A DNA stretch of 32,000 nt from Candidatus Saccharimonadota bacterium. Its GTDB lineage: Archaea > Micrarchaeota > Micrarchaeia > Micrarchaeales > Micrarchaeaceae. The notes under the pieces are model-generated. The model was not told the origin of the DNA, ran no database searches, and saw only the letters and a program-made list of their open reading frames with translations. Below, piece by piece: positions 17,586 through 25,808 of this stretch (positions within the stretch are counted from its first letter, which is position 1; each line of letters begins with the position of its first letter). Location of the stretch: the NCBI GenBank assembly GCA_021654395.1, contig AP024486.1, positions 660,001 to 692,000 of the forward strand, given 5' to 3'. A program made the translations under genes and the position numbers.

Positions 17586-18512
17586 TTAGATAAAATCGCT
17601 TACTGTTGCTGTAATATCTTTATACTCGAATGAAAAGCCATTCTTAGCTAGATTCTCCGGAATTACATACTGATTTGCCTCAAATAGCTCTTTGTATATA
17701 TCTCCAAAGAGAAGCTTAAGCATACTGCTACTTACTTTCATACTTATCAGCTTGAGCATATGGCTCTTAGCTGCATCTGATACTGCCCTTTTAAGATCTA
17801 AGAACTTTGTCTCTACGCCATTTGCTACATTAAATGTACCTTTAAGCCTCTTAGTTAATATAAAGTCTATAACCCTAGTATAATCTCTGATATCTATCCA
17901 TGATAGATAGTTAGTATCATTAAATGAGTCTATATAAAATGCTATGCTGCCAAATCTCCTTATAATTGACCTCAATAATCCACCATCCCCCAATACTATG
18001 CCATTCCTTAATATTGCAACATCTATACCTGCGTTCTCTGCCTCTAATGCGGCCCTCTCCCATTCAACGCACATATCATGGAGTATTCCCTCTCCTTTAA
18101 AGTAGTCCTCTTTTACATTTATCGCTTTAATACCATAGTATCCAATTGCAGATGTACTTATAAGTAGATCAACAGATGCCTTTGTATTAACAAGTGCGTT
18201 AACGAGCTTCCTTGTTAGCTTAACTCTACTATCTATGATCTTATTTTTAACAGATCCGCTCCATCTTTTATATATGGGATAGCCTGCTACATTTACTATC
18301 GCTTGAAAGTCTGTATAGCTATTAAGCCATTTAAGATCGTTATTAGGATCTGCAATGATGCTTACATTATCTTTTAGATCATTAAATAGAGCTCTTGCCT
18401 TTTGAAGATCTCTAGCGACAGCAAGTACCCTTACATCCTCAATCTTTGAGAAGTATCTGACTATACTAGAGCCCAAGAATCCAGTACTTCCTATTACGCA
18501 TATTGTGTTCAT
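17586..18512 (-). CDS. NAD(P)-binding SDR, TIGR01777/YfcH-like (epimerase family with a DUF1731-type C-terminus)
   Basis: 308 aa. Rossmann motif VIGSTGFLGSS. The C-terminal ...PENLAKNGFSFEYKDITATVSDFI matches the P..L...GF.F.Y..l pattern of YfcH-like proteins. Confidence 0.65.
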   Translation of the reverse strand: MNTICVIGSTGFLGSSIVRYFSKIEDVRVLAVARDLQKARALFNDLKDNVSIIADPNNDLKWLNSYTDFQAIVNVAGYPIYKRWSGSVKNKIIDSRVKLTRKLVNALVNTKASVDLLISTSAIGYYGIKAINVKEDYFKGEGILHDMCVEWERAALEAENAGIDVAILRNGIVLGDGGLLRSIIRRFGSIAFYIDSFNDTNYLSWIDIRDYTRVIDFILTKRLKGTFNVANGVETKFLDLKRAVSDAAKSHMLKLISMKVSSSMLKLLFGDIYKELFEANQYVIPENLAKNGFSFEYKDITATVSDFI

Positions 18513-18615
18513 AATAGATGATTTATAATAAATAAATTTAAATCTAACCTATCTTAAGAATAATTAAGCTAGTATTATTAAATCTTTATTAGTAAATCTA
18601 ATAATAATGATATAG

Positions 18616-19422
18616 ATGACATTTACCTTACTAATATCGTCTCAGAAAGGAGGCGTTGGTAAGACAACAGTTGCTACAAATATAGCAGCTGTGCTTAGAT
18701 ATTACGGCAATCCGACGCTATTAATAGATACTGACATAGCAAATCCATCTGTTACGCCATTTTTAGGTATAAGCTCATTTAACTATGGCTTAAAGGAGCT
18801 CTTAGATAATGATAGCATAGAGTTAAAAGACGCTATAATAAGCTATCAGCAAGGCAGATTCGATATACTGCCGGCTGCTGCTAATCCAGAGCATTACTAT
18901 GTATTTAATGATGAAAAGCTAAGCAAGCTATATAACAAGATAAAGAAGCTTGATTATAAGTTTATAATTATAGATACTGCACCCGCATCATTTATAGAAG
19001 CATTAAGCAAGTACTATGATGAGGCGTTGATAGTAACAACGCCAGATCCTGCATCTGTTTTAGGAGCTAGCAGACTATCTAAAGTCTATCAGAAGCATCA
19101 TATGAATCATAGATTAATAATAAATAGAGTTGAAGAGTCTAAGTTTGAGATGAAGAGAGAGGATATAGAGAAGGTATATGGAGATGTGGCTTATGCTATA
19201 ATACCAGAGGATCCCTCAGTAAAGGAAGCAATTAATAAGATGATTCCTGCTTATATCTATAATAGAGGCTCACCATTCTCTATAGCTATAGAGAATATAG
19301 CTAGAGCCTATCTATTAAAGGCTGGCTCCTCAGAGAGTCTAGTATTTGAAGGTAAAGCGCCGGAGAAGAGAAAGCAGTCATTCATAGATAAGCTTAAGGA
19401 GGCATTCGGAAAGAAGCAGTAA
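18616..19422 (+). CDS. MinD/ParA-family P-loop ATPase
   Basis: 268 aa. It has a deviant Walker A (SSQKGGVGKTTVATNIA), Walker B (FIIIDTAP) and a C-terminal amphipathic basic tail (KRKQSFIDKLKEAFGKKQ). Confidence 0.85.
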   Translation: MTFTLLISSQKGGVGKTTVATNIAAVLRYYGNPTLLIDTDIANPSVTPFLGISSFNYGLKELLDNDSIELKDAIISYQQGRFDILPAAANPEHYYVFNDEKLSKLYNKIKKLDYKFIIIDTAPASFIEALSKYYDEALIVTTPDPASVLGASRLSKVYQKHHMNHRLIINRVEESKFEMKREDIEKVYGDVAYAIIPEDPSVKEAINKMIPAYIYNRGSPFSIAIENIARAYLLKAGSSESLVFEGKAPEKRKQSFIDKLKEAFGKKQ

Positions 19423-19424
19423 AG

Positions 19425-19535
19425 GGCGGGGTAGCTCAGTCGGTAGAGCGCTAGACTCATAATCCATTTATGAGTTTTGAGCATAAGCGATGATGAGATA
19501 TCTAGAGGTCGCGGGTTCGAATCCCGCCCCCGCCA
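19425..19535 (+). tRNA. tRNA(CAU), elongator tRNA-Met type (tRNA-Ile2 not excluded), with a ~38-nt intron at the canonical 37/38 position
   Basis: Hand fold:
- Acceptor GGCGGGG pairs with CCCCGCC.
- D arm is GCTC-AGTCGGTA-GAGC.
- Anticodon stem is CTAGA/TCTAG, with loop CTCATAA (CAT at 19458-19460).
- The intron spans about 19462-19499.
- Variable region is AGGTC.
- T arm is GCGGG-TTCGAAT-CCCGC.
- Discriminator is A.
- No CCA is encoded.
- The mature length is 73 nt.

It is not initiator-like: position 1:72 is G:C and the anticodon stem lacks three G:C pairs. Confidence 0.9.
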
Positions 19536-19558
19536 TATCTGATTAATAGATTATAGTA

Positions 19559-20704
19559 CTATTCAGTATCTTCTCTATTTTCATTAAGTCTTATTAAAAG
19601 ATTTAAATCTACCTGAGATGTATTATGATTTATACGCTCAAAGATATCTCTTCTATTAGATACTAAATCAGAGCTTATTATTAGTATATTATAGACTCCA
19701 ACTTCGTTACCTTTCTTATATAAGAATATTATGGCGGCTTTCCTGATGCTACTATCTAAGAATACATATGGCCCGTATATAATTGCATTTAATTGAGGTA
19801 TCAGTCTTATATTACTAGTAAGATCGCTTTTCTCTCCGATCTCTTTACCGAATCTTAGATCGTTATATCTATTTTCGATAAACTTTCTAATACTTACATT
19901 AAATCTTTCTAAGTAATCATGGCCAATACTTGCATAATTATTCAATTTGCTAAAGAATATACATGCAAGCAGATCATTTACATTTACGCTTTTATTACTA
20001 CTTTCTTTTAATGAATCTACTAGCGAGAGAAAATCGTGTAACGAATAGCTATCTTTCATGCCATTGAGTACAGCTAGTGAGTGTGCTAGATCGGTCTTAG
20101 ATACTAGCCCATCTACCTTTACTAGATCCTCTAAGCTGCTATATATCCTCTTAAAAGAGGATATATCTTTAATTGTAGATAGTATAGCTATAGAGCTATC
20201 TATTATAGCCTCTGCCTCTTCTTTGTATATAGGCAGTACATTATCTGAAGCATATGAATAAAGCTTTTCGTCTATAAACTTATAAAGCTCATTGAAGACC
20301 TTTATTGAACTAAGCTTTTCAGTATTGCTATTGGCCCTGCTAAAGCTATCAATTATACCAACTGCTACCTTAGCGTTAAGTATAGCTTTTATATTACCTC
20401 TATCTCCTGAATCCTTAGCCTCTAATATAATAGCATTCTTGCTGCTTATTATACCTCTAAGCTCCTTATTAGCACCTAGCTCCTTTACTGAATCTATAAA
20501 AGATTCTATACTACTAGCTTTATCATTCTCATCTAAGTACTTATATAGCTCATGTAGAAATACAGTATAGCTCTCTTCATCCATATTAAAGAGCTCCATT
20601 ATCTCTGAGATAGCATTTAGATGCACTCCTTTAGATAAAAGAGCTATCTTTATTAATGCTGAATAATCTATTCTATTATTCTCATCCTTAGATCTGTTAG
20701 ACAT
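19559..20704 (-). CDS. Hypothetical protein (381 aa) with no recognisable motif
   Basis: Long ORF with an ATG start. It is predicted mostly helical and acidic or low-complexity for the first ~290 aa. A more hydrophobic, strand-like C-terminal ~90 aa follows (IRLIPQLNAIIYGPYVFLDSSIRKAAIIFLYKKGNEVGVYNILIISSD). I recognise no catalytic or binding signature. Confidence 0.55.
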   Translation of the reverse strand: MSNRSKDENNRIDYSALIKIALLSKGVHLNAISEIMELFNMDEESYTVFLHELYKYLDENDKASSIESFIDSVKELGANKELRGIISSKNAIILEAKDSGDRGNIKAILNAKVAVGIIDSFSRANSNTEKLSSIKVFNELYKFIDEKLYSYASDNVLPIYKEEAEAIIDSSIAILSTIKDISSFKRIYSSLEDLVKVDGLVSKTDLAHSLAVLNGMKDSYSLHDFLSLVDSLKESSNKSVNVNDLLACIFFSKLNNYASIGHDYLERFNVSIRKFIENRYNDLRFGKEIGEKSDLTSNIRLIPQLNAIIYGPYVFLDSSIRKAAIIFLYKKGNEVGVYNILIISSDLVSNRRDIFERINHNTSQVDLNLLIRLNENREDTE

Positions 20705-20883
20705 ATTATCTTTTCTAATAAGAGATGATATTTAATCCTTACCTTCAATAACTGCAATTGCTTAATCGATTGCTTAATCTATCTCTTTATAATTTATCAA
20801 TTCTTTTAATCAGAATTATCTCTAGCTATATAGCTTAATATATAATTAGATGCCTTGATAAGGCATATAAGATTAAATATATA

Positions 20884-20913
20884 TAGATAAATGTAAAATA
20901 GATAAATGTAAAG
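20884..20913. repeat. Tandem 15-nt direct repeat (2 copies, 14/15 identical) abutting the asnS start codon
   Basis: TAGATAAATGTAAAA (20884-20898) is followed by TAGATAAATGTAAAG (20899-20913). Each unit carries a TATA-like TAGATAAA and an ATG-TAA start-stop pair. The asnS ATG is at 20915. Confidence 0.8.
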
Positions 20914-20914
20914 T

Positions 20915-22213
20915 ATGATCTATATGAGAGAGATAAAGATCAGAGATCTTATAAAGAGGAAGAGCGGCTCATACTCAATAAGAGGATGGATCTACAGATT
21001 AAGAATCGTTGGAGGAAAGGCGTTCGTATTAATAAGAGATAGCACCGGAGTTATACAAGCAGTTATAGATAAGCAGAAGTTTCCAGATGATAGATGGAGC
21101 TCTATAGAGAATGCATATATAGAGGCAAGTATAATGGTAAAGGGCAGCTTAAGAGTAGATGAGAGAGCGCCTAACGGAGTAGAGATAGACGTAGAGGACT
21201 TTAATCTAGTAAACTCTCTAGAGCAGTTCAAGATTACAGAGTATCAGAGCCCGGAGCTCTTACTGGATCTTAGACATCTGTGGATAAGAAGTAGGAGATT
21301 GACAGATATAATGATAATAAGATCGCATGTATTCAGATATGCAAGAGAGTTTCTTGATAGAAGAGGCTTCTATGAGATAACCCCACCAATAATAACAACT
21401 ATAGGAGGAGAGACAGGAGCCAATCTATTTGAGCTAGACTACTTCGGAAGAAAGGCGTATCTAACAGAGTCATCGCAGCTATATGCCGAGGCTATGATCT
21501 TCTCATTAGAGAAGGTCTACTCATTTGCACCGTCATTCAGAGCAGAGAAGTCTAGAACTATTAAGCACTTGGCAGAGTTCTGGCATCTAGAGCCAGAGAT
21601 CGCATACTATGATAATAATAAGAATATGAAGCTGCAAGAGCGCCTAGTCAGCTATATAGCGCAGAGCCTTGTAAAGAATGATGAAGAGATTCTAAAAGAG
21701 CTTAATGTTGATGTAGAGGGCTTAAAGAAGGTAAAGCCACCATTTAAGAGATTGAGCTATGATGAGGCTATAATAAAGCTTCAGGAGAAAGGCTCGCCTA
21801 TAAGATGGGGCGATGACTTTGGTGTTAATGAAGAGAGGTTACTTACAGAAGATGAAGAGAAGCCCATATTTGTATACAACTGGCCTGAGAGCATAAAGGC
21901 ATTCTATATGCCTATAAACCCAAAGGATCCAAGAACCGTTCTATGCGCAGATATGCTCGCTCCTAAAGGACACGGAGAGATTATAGGAGGTAGTGAGAGA
22001 ATATGGCGTTATGATGAGCTTCTTGAAAGAATGAGGAAGAAGGGCTTAGATCCTAATAGATACCAATGGTATCTTGATCTTAGAAAGTATGGATCTGTAC
22101 CACATGCTGGCTTTGGAATGGGCATCGAGAGAGTTATAAAGTGGCTACTTAACCTAGATCATATAAGAGATGCTATCCCATTCCCAAGAGTAATAAATAG
22201 AGTTGAGCCTTAA
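20915..22213 (+). CDS. asnS: Asparaginyl-tRNA synthetase (class IIb; AspRS less likely)
   Basis: 432 aa. An N-terminal OB-fold region is present. Motif 2 and the flanking sequence (AYLTESSQLYAEAM...FAPSFRAEKSRTIKHLAEFWHLEPEIAY) favour AsnRS (S.QLY.E) over AspRS (QSPQ.YKQ). Motif 3 is GFGMGIERVIKWL. An alternative ATG lies at 20924. Confidence 0.75.
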   Translation: MIYMREIKIRDLIKRKSGSYSIRGWIYRLRIVGGKAFVLIRDSTGVIQAVIDKQKFPDDRWSSIENAYIEASIMVKGSLRVDERAPNGVEIDVEDFNLVNSLEQFKITEYQSPELLLDLRHLWIRSRRLTDIMIIRSHVFRYAREFLDRRGFYEITPPIITTIGGETGANLFELDYFGRKAYLTESSQLYAEAMIFSLEKVYSFAPSFRAEKSRTIKHLAEFWHLEPEIAYYDNNKNMKLQERLVSYIAQSLVKNDEEILKELNVDVEGLKKVKPPFKRLSYDEAIIKLQEKGSPIRWGDDFGVNEERLLTEDEEKPIFVYNWPESIKAFYMPINPKDPRTVLCADMLAPKGHGEIIGGSERIWRYDELLERMRKKGLDPNRYQWYLDLRKYGSVPHAGFGMGIERVIKWLLNLDHIRDAIPFPRVINRVEP

Positions 22214-23148
22214 TGCTTATATATATACTAATATCCATATTTATAATCCTTATCGCCATATTAATAAAGGCAGCTGTAGATGAGACAAGAAGAAGCAGAT
22301 CAGAGGATCTTCTTATAGTTTATGCATTATCGTTATTTATATCAACGATAATATATCTTAGATACTATAACTCTGGAGCTATCTACTATCTAATATACTC
22401 ATCTTATATACTTATTATAGATATACTAGCATTGCTGCTATTTTACTACTATAGTAATAGATCTAAGCACTCTTCAGCATACTTCTTAGCAACATCAGTA
22501 GTACTTCTTATAATATTTATATATATAAGATACTCTGGCTTATATATAGGCTTAGCATCTATAGTATATATACTCCTGAATGAGCATAAGAATAAGAATA
22601 GAGACTCTAGAGAGAAGGAGATTAAGAGAGATCTTATACAGATTATAGGTGTAATACCTGCTGCTATAGCATATATATTTGCATATAGCTATCTATACTA
22701 CATACTTGCTATACTTTCTTTTATAGGCTTAATAGCAGTATACTCTGCAAGTATCTACAGAATAAAGCCCTTGCTCGCTCTCGAGAGAGATGTAAGGATC
22801 TTTGGAGTTGGTGCTATATACCTTTTCGCATCTATCTTGCTAATAGATAGCATCTTTAATAGCAACGCTGTTGCATATGCTATATTCATACTATTTATAT
22901 CTGATAGCTTAGCTACTATAGTAGGTATAAGCGTTGGTAGAAGGAAGCTGCCTTATAACAAGAGAAAGAGCATTGAAGGCTCATTAGCATTCCTTATATC
23001 TGCCTTTATCATATCATTAGCATTTATGAATCTATACTATTCATTAATAGCTAGCCTAGTGCTTGCATTTATTGAGAGCATTAATATAAAGGTAGATGAT
23101 AATCTGCTTATACCTATAGCTGCAGCTATTCTTCTAACTATAATCTAA
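22213..23148 (+). CDS. Polytopic membrane protein of the dolichol kinase / CTP-dependent polyprenol kinase / CdsA-like family
   Basis: 311 aa, very hydrophobic. The C-terminal motif ISDSLATIVGISVGRRKLPYNKRKSIEGSLAFLISAF matches the D..A.ivG...G..k.....KS.EGs signature of COG0170/CTP_transf_1. Its start overlaps the asnS stop (TAATG). Confidence 0.6.
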   Translation: MLIYILISIFIILIAILIKAAVDETRRSRSEDLLIVYALSLFISTIIYLRYYNSGAIYYLIYSSYILIIDILALLLFYYYSNRSKHSSAYFLATSVVLLIIFIYIRYSGLYIGLASIVYILLNEHKNKNRDSREKEIKRDLIQIIGVIPAAIAYIFAYSYLYYILAILSFIGLIAVYSASIYRIKPLLALERDVRIFGVGAIYLFASILLIDSIFNSNAVAYAIFILFISDSLATIVGISVGRRKLPYNKRKSIEGSLAFLISAFIISLAFMNLYYSLIASLVLAFIESINIKVDDNLLIPIAAAILLTII

Positions 23149-23174
23149 AGAATTAAAAATAAGAAGATTAGACC

Positions 23175-24065
23175 TTATCTGTATCTTGATAGAATCTCTT
23201 CTATAAGCTCTCTAGATGGCTTATCTGCTTCAGATACACTCATCTTGCTTACCGTTATATCCTCTTCCTCATATGTTGGCCTATCTGCTTCATAGAATAG
23301 CCCTATAGGAATTCTATCTATGCCATTGTTAGGAAACTCTAAAGCCTTCTCTAAAGCTTTAGAGATATCCTTAGGATTATGATTGCTGCTATCTAGCTTA
23401 TAGATCCTCTCTCTGAACCAGTCATATGTATTATAGTTATTGAATGTTACACAAGGACTGAAAACATCTATCAATGCAAAGCCTTTATGCAGTATTCCAT
23501 TCTTTATAAGCTCTGCTAGATGCGGTATATCTCCAGAGAATCCTCTAGCTACGTATGTTGCTCCTGCGGTTATAGCTAGCGCTATAGGATTTACAGGGTT
23601 ATCTACTGCTCCATAAGGAGATGACTTTGTTTTCATTCCTTTCAAGCTTGTTGGAGAGTACTGACCTACTGTTAAACCATATATCTCATTATTCATCACT
23701 ATATACGTTAGATCGAAGTTCCTCCTTGCAGTATGTATAAGATGATTCAGACCAATTCCGTAGCCATCACCATCTCCTCCTGCTCCTATAACTGTAAGCT
23801 TTGGATTGGCTAACTTTACACCCATAGCTACAGGCAGCAGCCTTCCATGCAGGCTATGTATTCCATAGGTTGCAAACTGATGCGCTATAGATGAGCTGCA
23901 GCCTATGCCTGTCACAACGACCACATTATGCCTCGGTATCTTAAGATCTGTTAATGCCTTTATTACTGCTGCTGTTACTCCAAAGTCTCCGCAGCCTGGG
24001 CAGAAGACCGGCTTCTGATCTGATCTATAAGAAAACTGTAGCTCTTGTATCATAGTACTCACCAT
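23175..24065 (-). CDS. 2-oxoacid:ferredoxin oxidoreductase beta subunit (TPP-binding)
   Basis: 296 aa. It has FCPGCGDFGV and a GIGCSS...GDGDGYGIG TPP motif. Its ATG overlaps the alpha-subunit stop by 1 nt. Confidence 0.9.
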   Translation of the reverse strand: MVSTMIQELQFSYRSDQKPVFCPGCGDFGVTAAVIKALTDLKIPRHNVVVVTGIGCSSSIAHQFATYGIHSLHGRLLPVAMGVKLANPKLTVIGAGGDGDGYGIGLNHLIHTARRNFDLTYIVMNNEIYGLTVGQYSPTSLKGMKTKSSPYGAVDNPVNPIALAITAGATYVARGFSGDIPHLAELIKNGILHKGFALIDVFSPCVTFNNYNTYDWFRERIYKLDSSNHNPKDISKALEKALEFPNNGIDRIPIGLFYEADRPTYEEEDITVSKMSVSEADKPSRELIEEILSRYR

Positions 24066-25804
24066 TATCTCTTAACAATCTGATTAAGTCTATCTATAAT
24101 ATACTGCTCTGTCATAGCTTCACCGTCATACTTTCTAATAGAATCCTTTATAACAACTCCTGTATTAGCAGCTATTAGCTGAGCAAGCTGTCCGCTGTAG
24201 TTGCATTCTACATCAATCAGATTCTTATCCTTAAGCATATCTCTTGTCTTATCTTTGTCTAGAGGCAGTAGATAAGGGAATGAGATCAATCCTATCTTAT
24301 AGCTGCTCTGCTTCTCAAACTCTATTATAGCCTCTCTTGCTGACTCTGTTGTAGATCCAAATGTTACAAGATATATATCTCCCTCTTTCTCGATCTCTGG
24401 CTTAAATATATTCTCTTGCTTAATCATTGTGTCTATCTTTCTCATTCTCTTCTCATGCATCTTTCTTCTAAGCTCGACATACTGATCTATTCCTGCATAG
24501 TAATCTGATATGAGATTTCCATACTCATCATGCTCATCGCTTGGAGCTACGAACTCTAGTCCTGGAGTTCCTGGTATGGATCTATAAGAGATACCATCCT
24601 CCTCTAGAGAGTATCTCTTAAATCTGCCGTTATAGCTCTTCTCTTTTATAAGCTTTCCTCGTTCTATCTTTATATCTAAGTTATCTATACTGATAGTTCT
24701 CATATGCTCTGAATAGTATAGATCAAGAAGTATTATTACAGGGCACTGATACTTCTCTGCAAGATTAAAGGCCTGTGCTCCCATATAAAAGCCTTCTCTT
24801 ACCGATCTAGGAGACATAACAACTCTAGGAAAGTCTCCTTGAGATGCGTGCGCAACAAATAGTAAGTCTCCCTGCTCTGTCTTTGTAGGAAGTCCTGTGC
24901 TTGGTCCTGCTCTCTGAGACTCTACAACAACTAAAGGTACCTCAATCATACCTGCTAGTCCTAACGCCTCAACCATTAATGAGAATCCACCACCGCTAGT
25001 ACCACACATCGCTCTAGCTCCAGCAGATGCTGCTCCTATAGCTGCGTTTATAGCAGCGATCTCATCCTCTGTCTGCTTTACAACTATGCCTTTATCAGCA
25101 TTAGCTGCAAACCAGTGTAGTATAGAGCTTGCAGGTGTCATAGGATATGCTGCATAGAATCTACAGTTTGCTGCAAACGCTCCTAATGCTAATGCTTCAT
25201 TGCCATTTATAAGATACAGATCCTTTACTTTAGGATCTGCTTTTACATTGAATAGTGGGGTGGCTCTTGAGTAACCTTCTCTTGCGCAGCTTATATTATT
25301 ATTTACTACTGTCTCGCCCTTCTTTGAGAATCTCTTTGTTATATAATCATTTAGATAGCTTATATCTACATTACAGAGCCTTAGGGCTGCTCCTATACCT
25401 ACTATATTCCTTAAGACCGGATCTCCTCCATTCTCTATAGAGATATCTAGCATCGGTATATCTAGGAATCTTATCTTTCTGTCCTTATACTTATCTATGC
25501 TCATCTTCTTACTATCGTATATAATTACTGCATCGTTGCTAAGATGATCTATCTGATTGTCTATAGCGTCTTGATTTATAGCTATTAATATATCTGCTTT
25601 GTCCTTAAAAGAGTGCAGCTCTCTACTACCAAATCTTACCTGATACCATACATGACCTCCTCTTATTATTGATTGGTAGCTTCTATATGCAAATATATTA
25701 TATCCTGCGCTCTTTAAGACTCTCGCTAACACTTCTCCGCTAGTCTCTATTCCATCTCCATTTGCTCCAGCTATTCTAATAGCTATATCATCTAACTCTT
25801 TCAT
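24065..25804 (-). CDS. 2-oxoacid:ferredoxin oxidoreductase alpha subunit (fused gamma+alpha type)
   Basis: About 579 aa. The N-terminal gamma-like domain (RIAGANGDGIETSG) is followed by an alpha domain (NEALALGAFAANCRFYAAYPMTPAS). The tracked start at 25825 is TTG. The ATG at 25804 is preceded by AGGTGA and lies 4 nt after the thiolase stop. Confidence 0.9.
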   Translation of the reverse strand: MKELDDIAIRIAGANGDGIETSGEVLARVLKSAGYNIFAYRSYQSIIRGGHVWYQVRFGSRELHSFKDKADILIAINQDAIDNQIDHLSNDAVIIYDSKKMSIDKYKDRKIRFLDIPMLDISIENGGDPVLRNIVGIGAALRLCNVDISYLNDYITKRFSKKGETVVNNNISCAREGYSRATPLFNVKADPKVKDLYLINGNEALALGAFAANCRFYAAYPMTPASSILHWFAANADKGIVVKQTEDEIAAINAAIGAASAGARAMCGTSGGGFSLMVEALGLAGMIEVPLVVVESQRAGPSTGLPTKTEQGDLLFVAHASQGDFPRVVMSPRSVREGFYMGAQAFNLAEKYQCPVIILLDLYYSEHMRTISIDNLDIKIERGKLIKEKSYNGRFKRYSLEEDGISYRSIPGTPGLEFVAPSDEHDEYGNLISDYYAGIDQYVELRRKMHEKRMRKIDTMIKQENIFKPEIEKEGDIYLVTFGSTTESAREAIIEFEKQSSYKIGLISFPYLLPLDKDKTRDMLKDKNLIDVECNYSGQLAQLIAANTGVVIKDSIRKYDGEAMTEQYIIDRLNQIVKR

Positions 25805-25808
25805 ATAT

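Noticed and set aside
19490-19496. A box C-like AUGAUGA sequence inside the tRNA(CAU) intron hinted at an intron-encoded C/D box guide RNA, as in some archaeal tRNA-Trp introns.
   Set aside because: The intron is only ~38 nt, has no CUGA box D or D'/C' elements, and leaves no room for a guide plus K-turn. This is most likely a chance match.
19425-20704. The tRNA gene followed directly by an orphan gene suggested a tRNA-targeted integrated element.
   Set aside because: The window has no integrase, no partial duplicate of the tRNA 3' end (the only similar stretch is the generic T-arm of tRNA-Ala) and no compositional break at the tRNA.
9084-25440. Fourteen 60-140-aa ORFs in the supplied track lie antisense to, or out of frame within, larger well-supported genes. 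They are 9084-9302, 12506-12709, 13581-13778, 14125-14376, 14653-15066, 15127-15330, 16308-16508, 17214-17507, 17250-17447, 17692-17883, 20058-20261, 20292-20570, 20992-21231 and 25255-25440.
   Set aside because: Each lies entirely inside a longer gene that has strong family motifs. Their products are low-complexity (Leu/Ser/Ile-rich) with no recognisable motif. Such shadow ORFs are expected opposite genes that avoid complementary stop codons. No independent start or SD context was seen.
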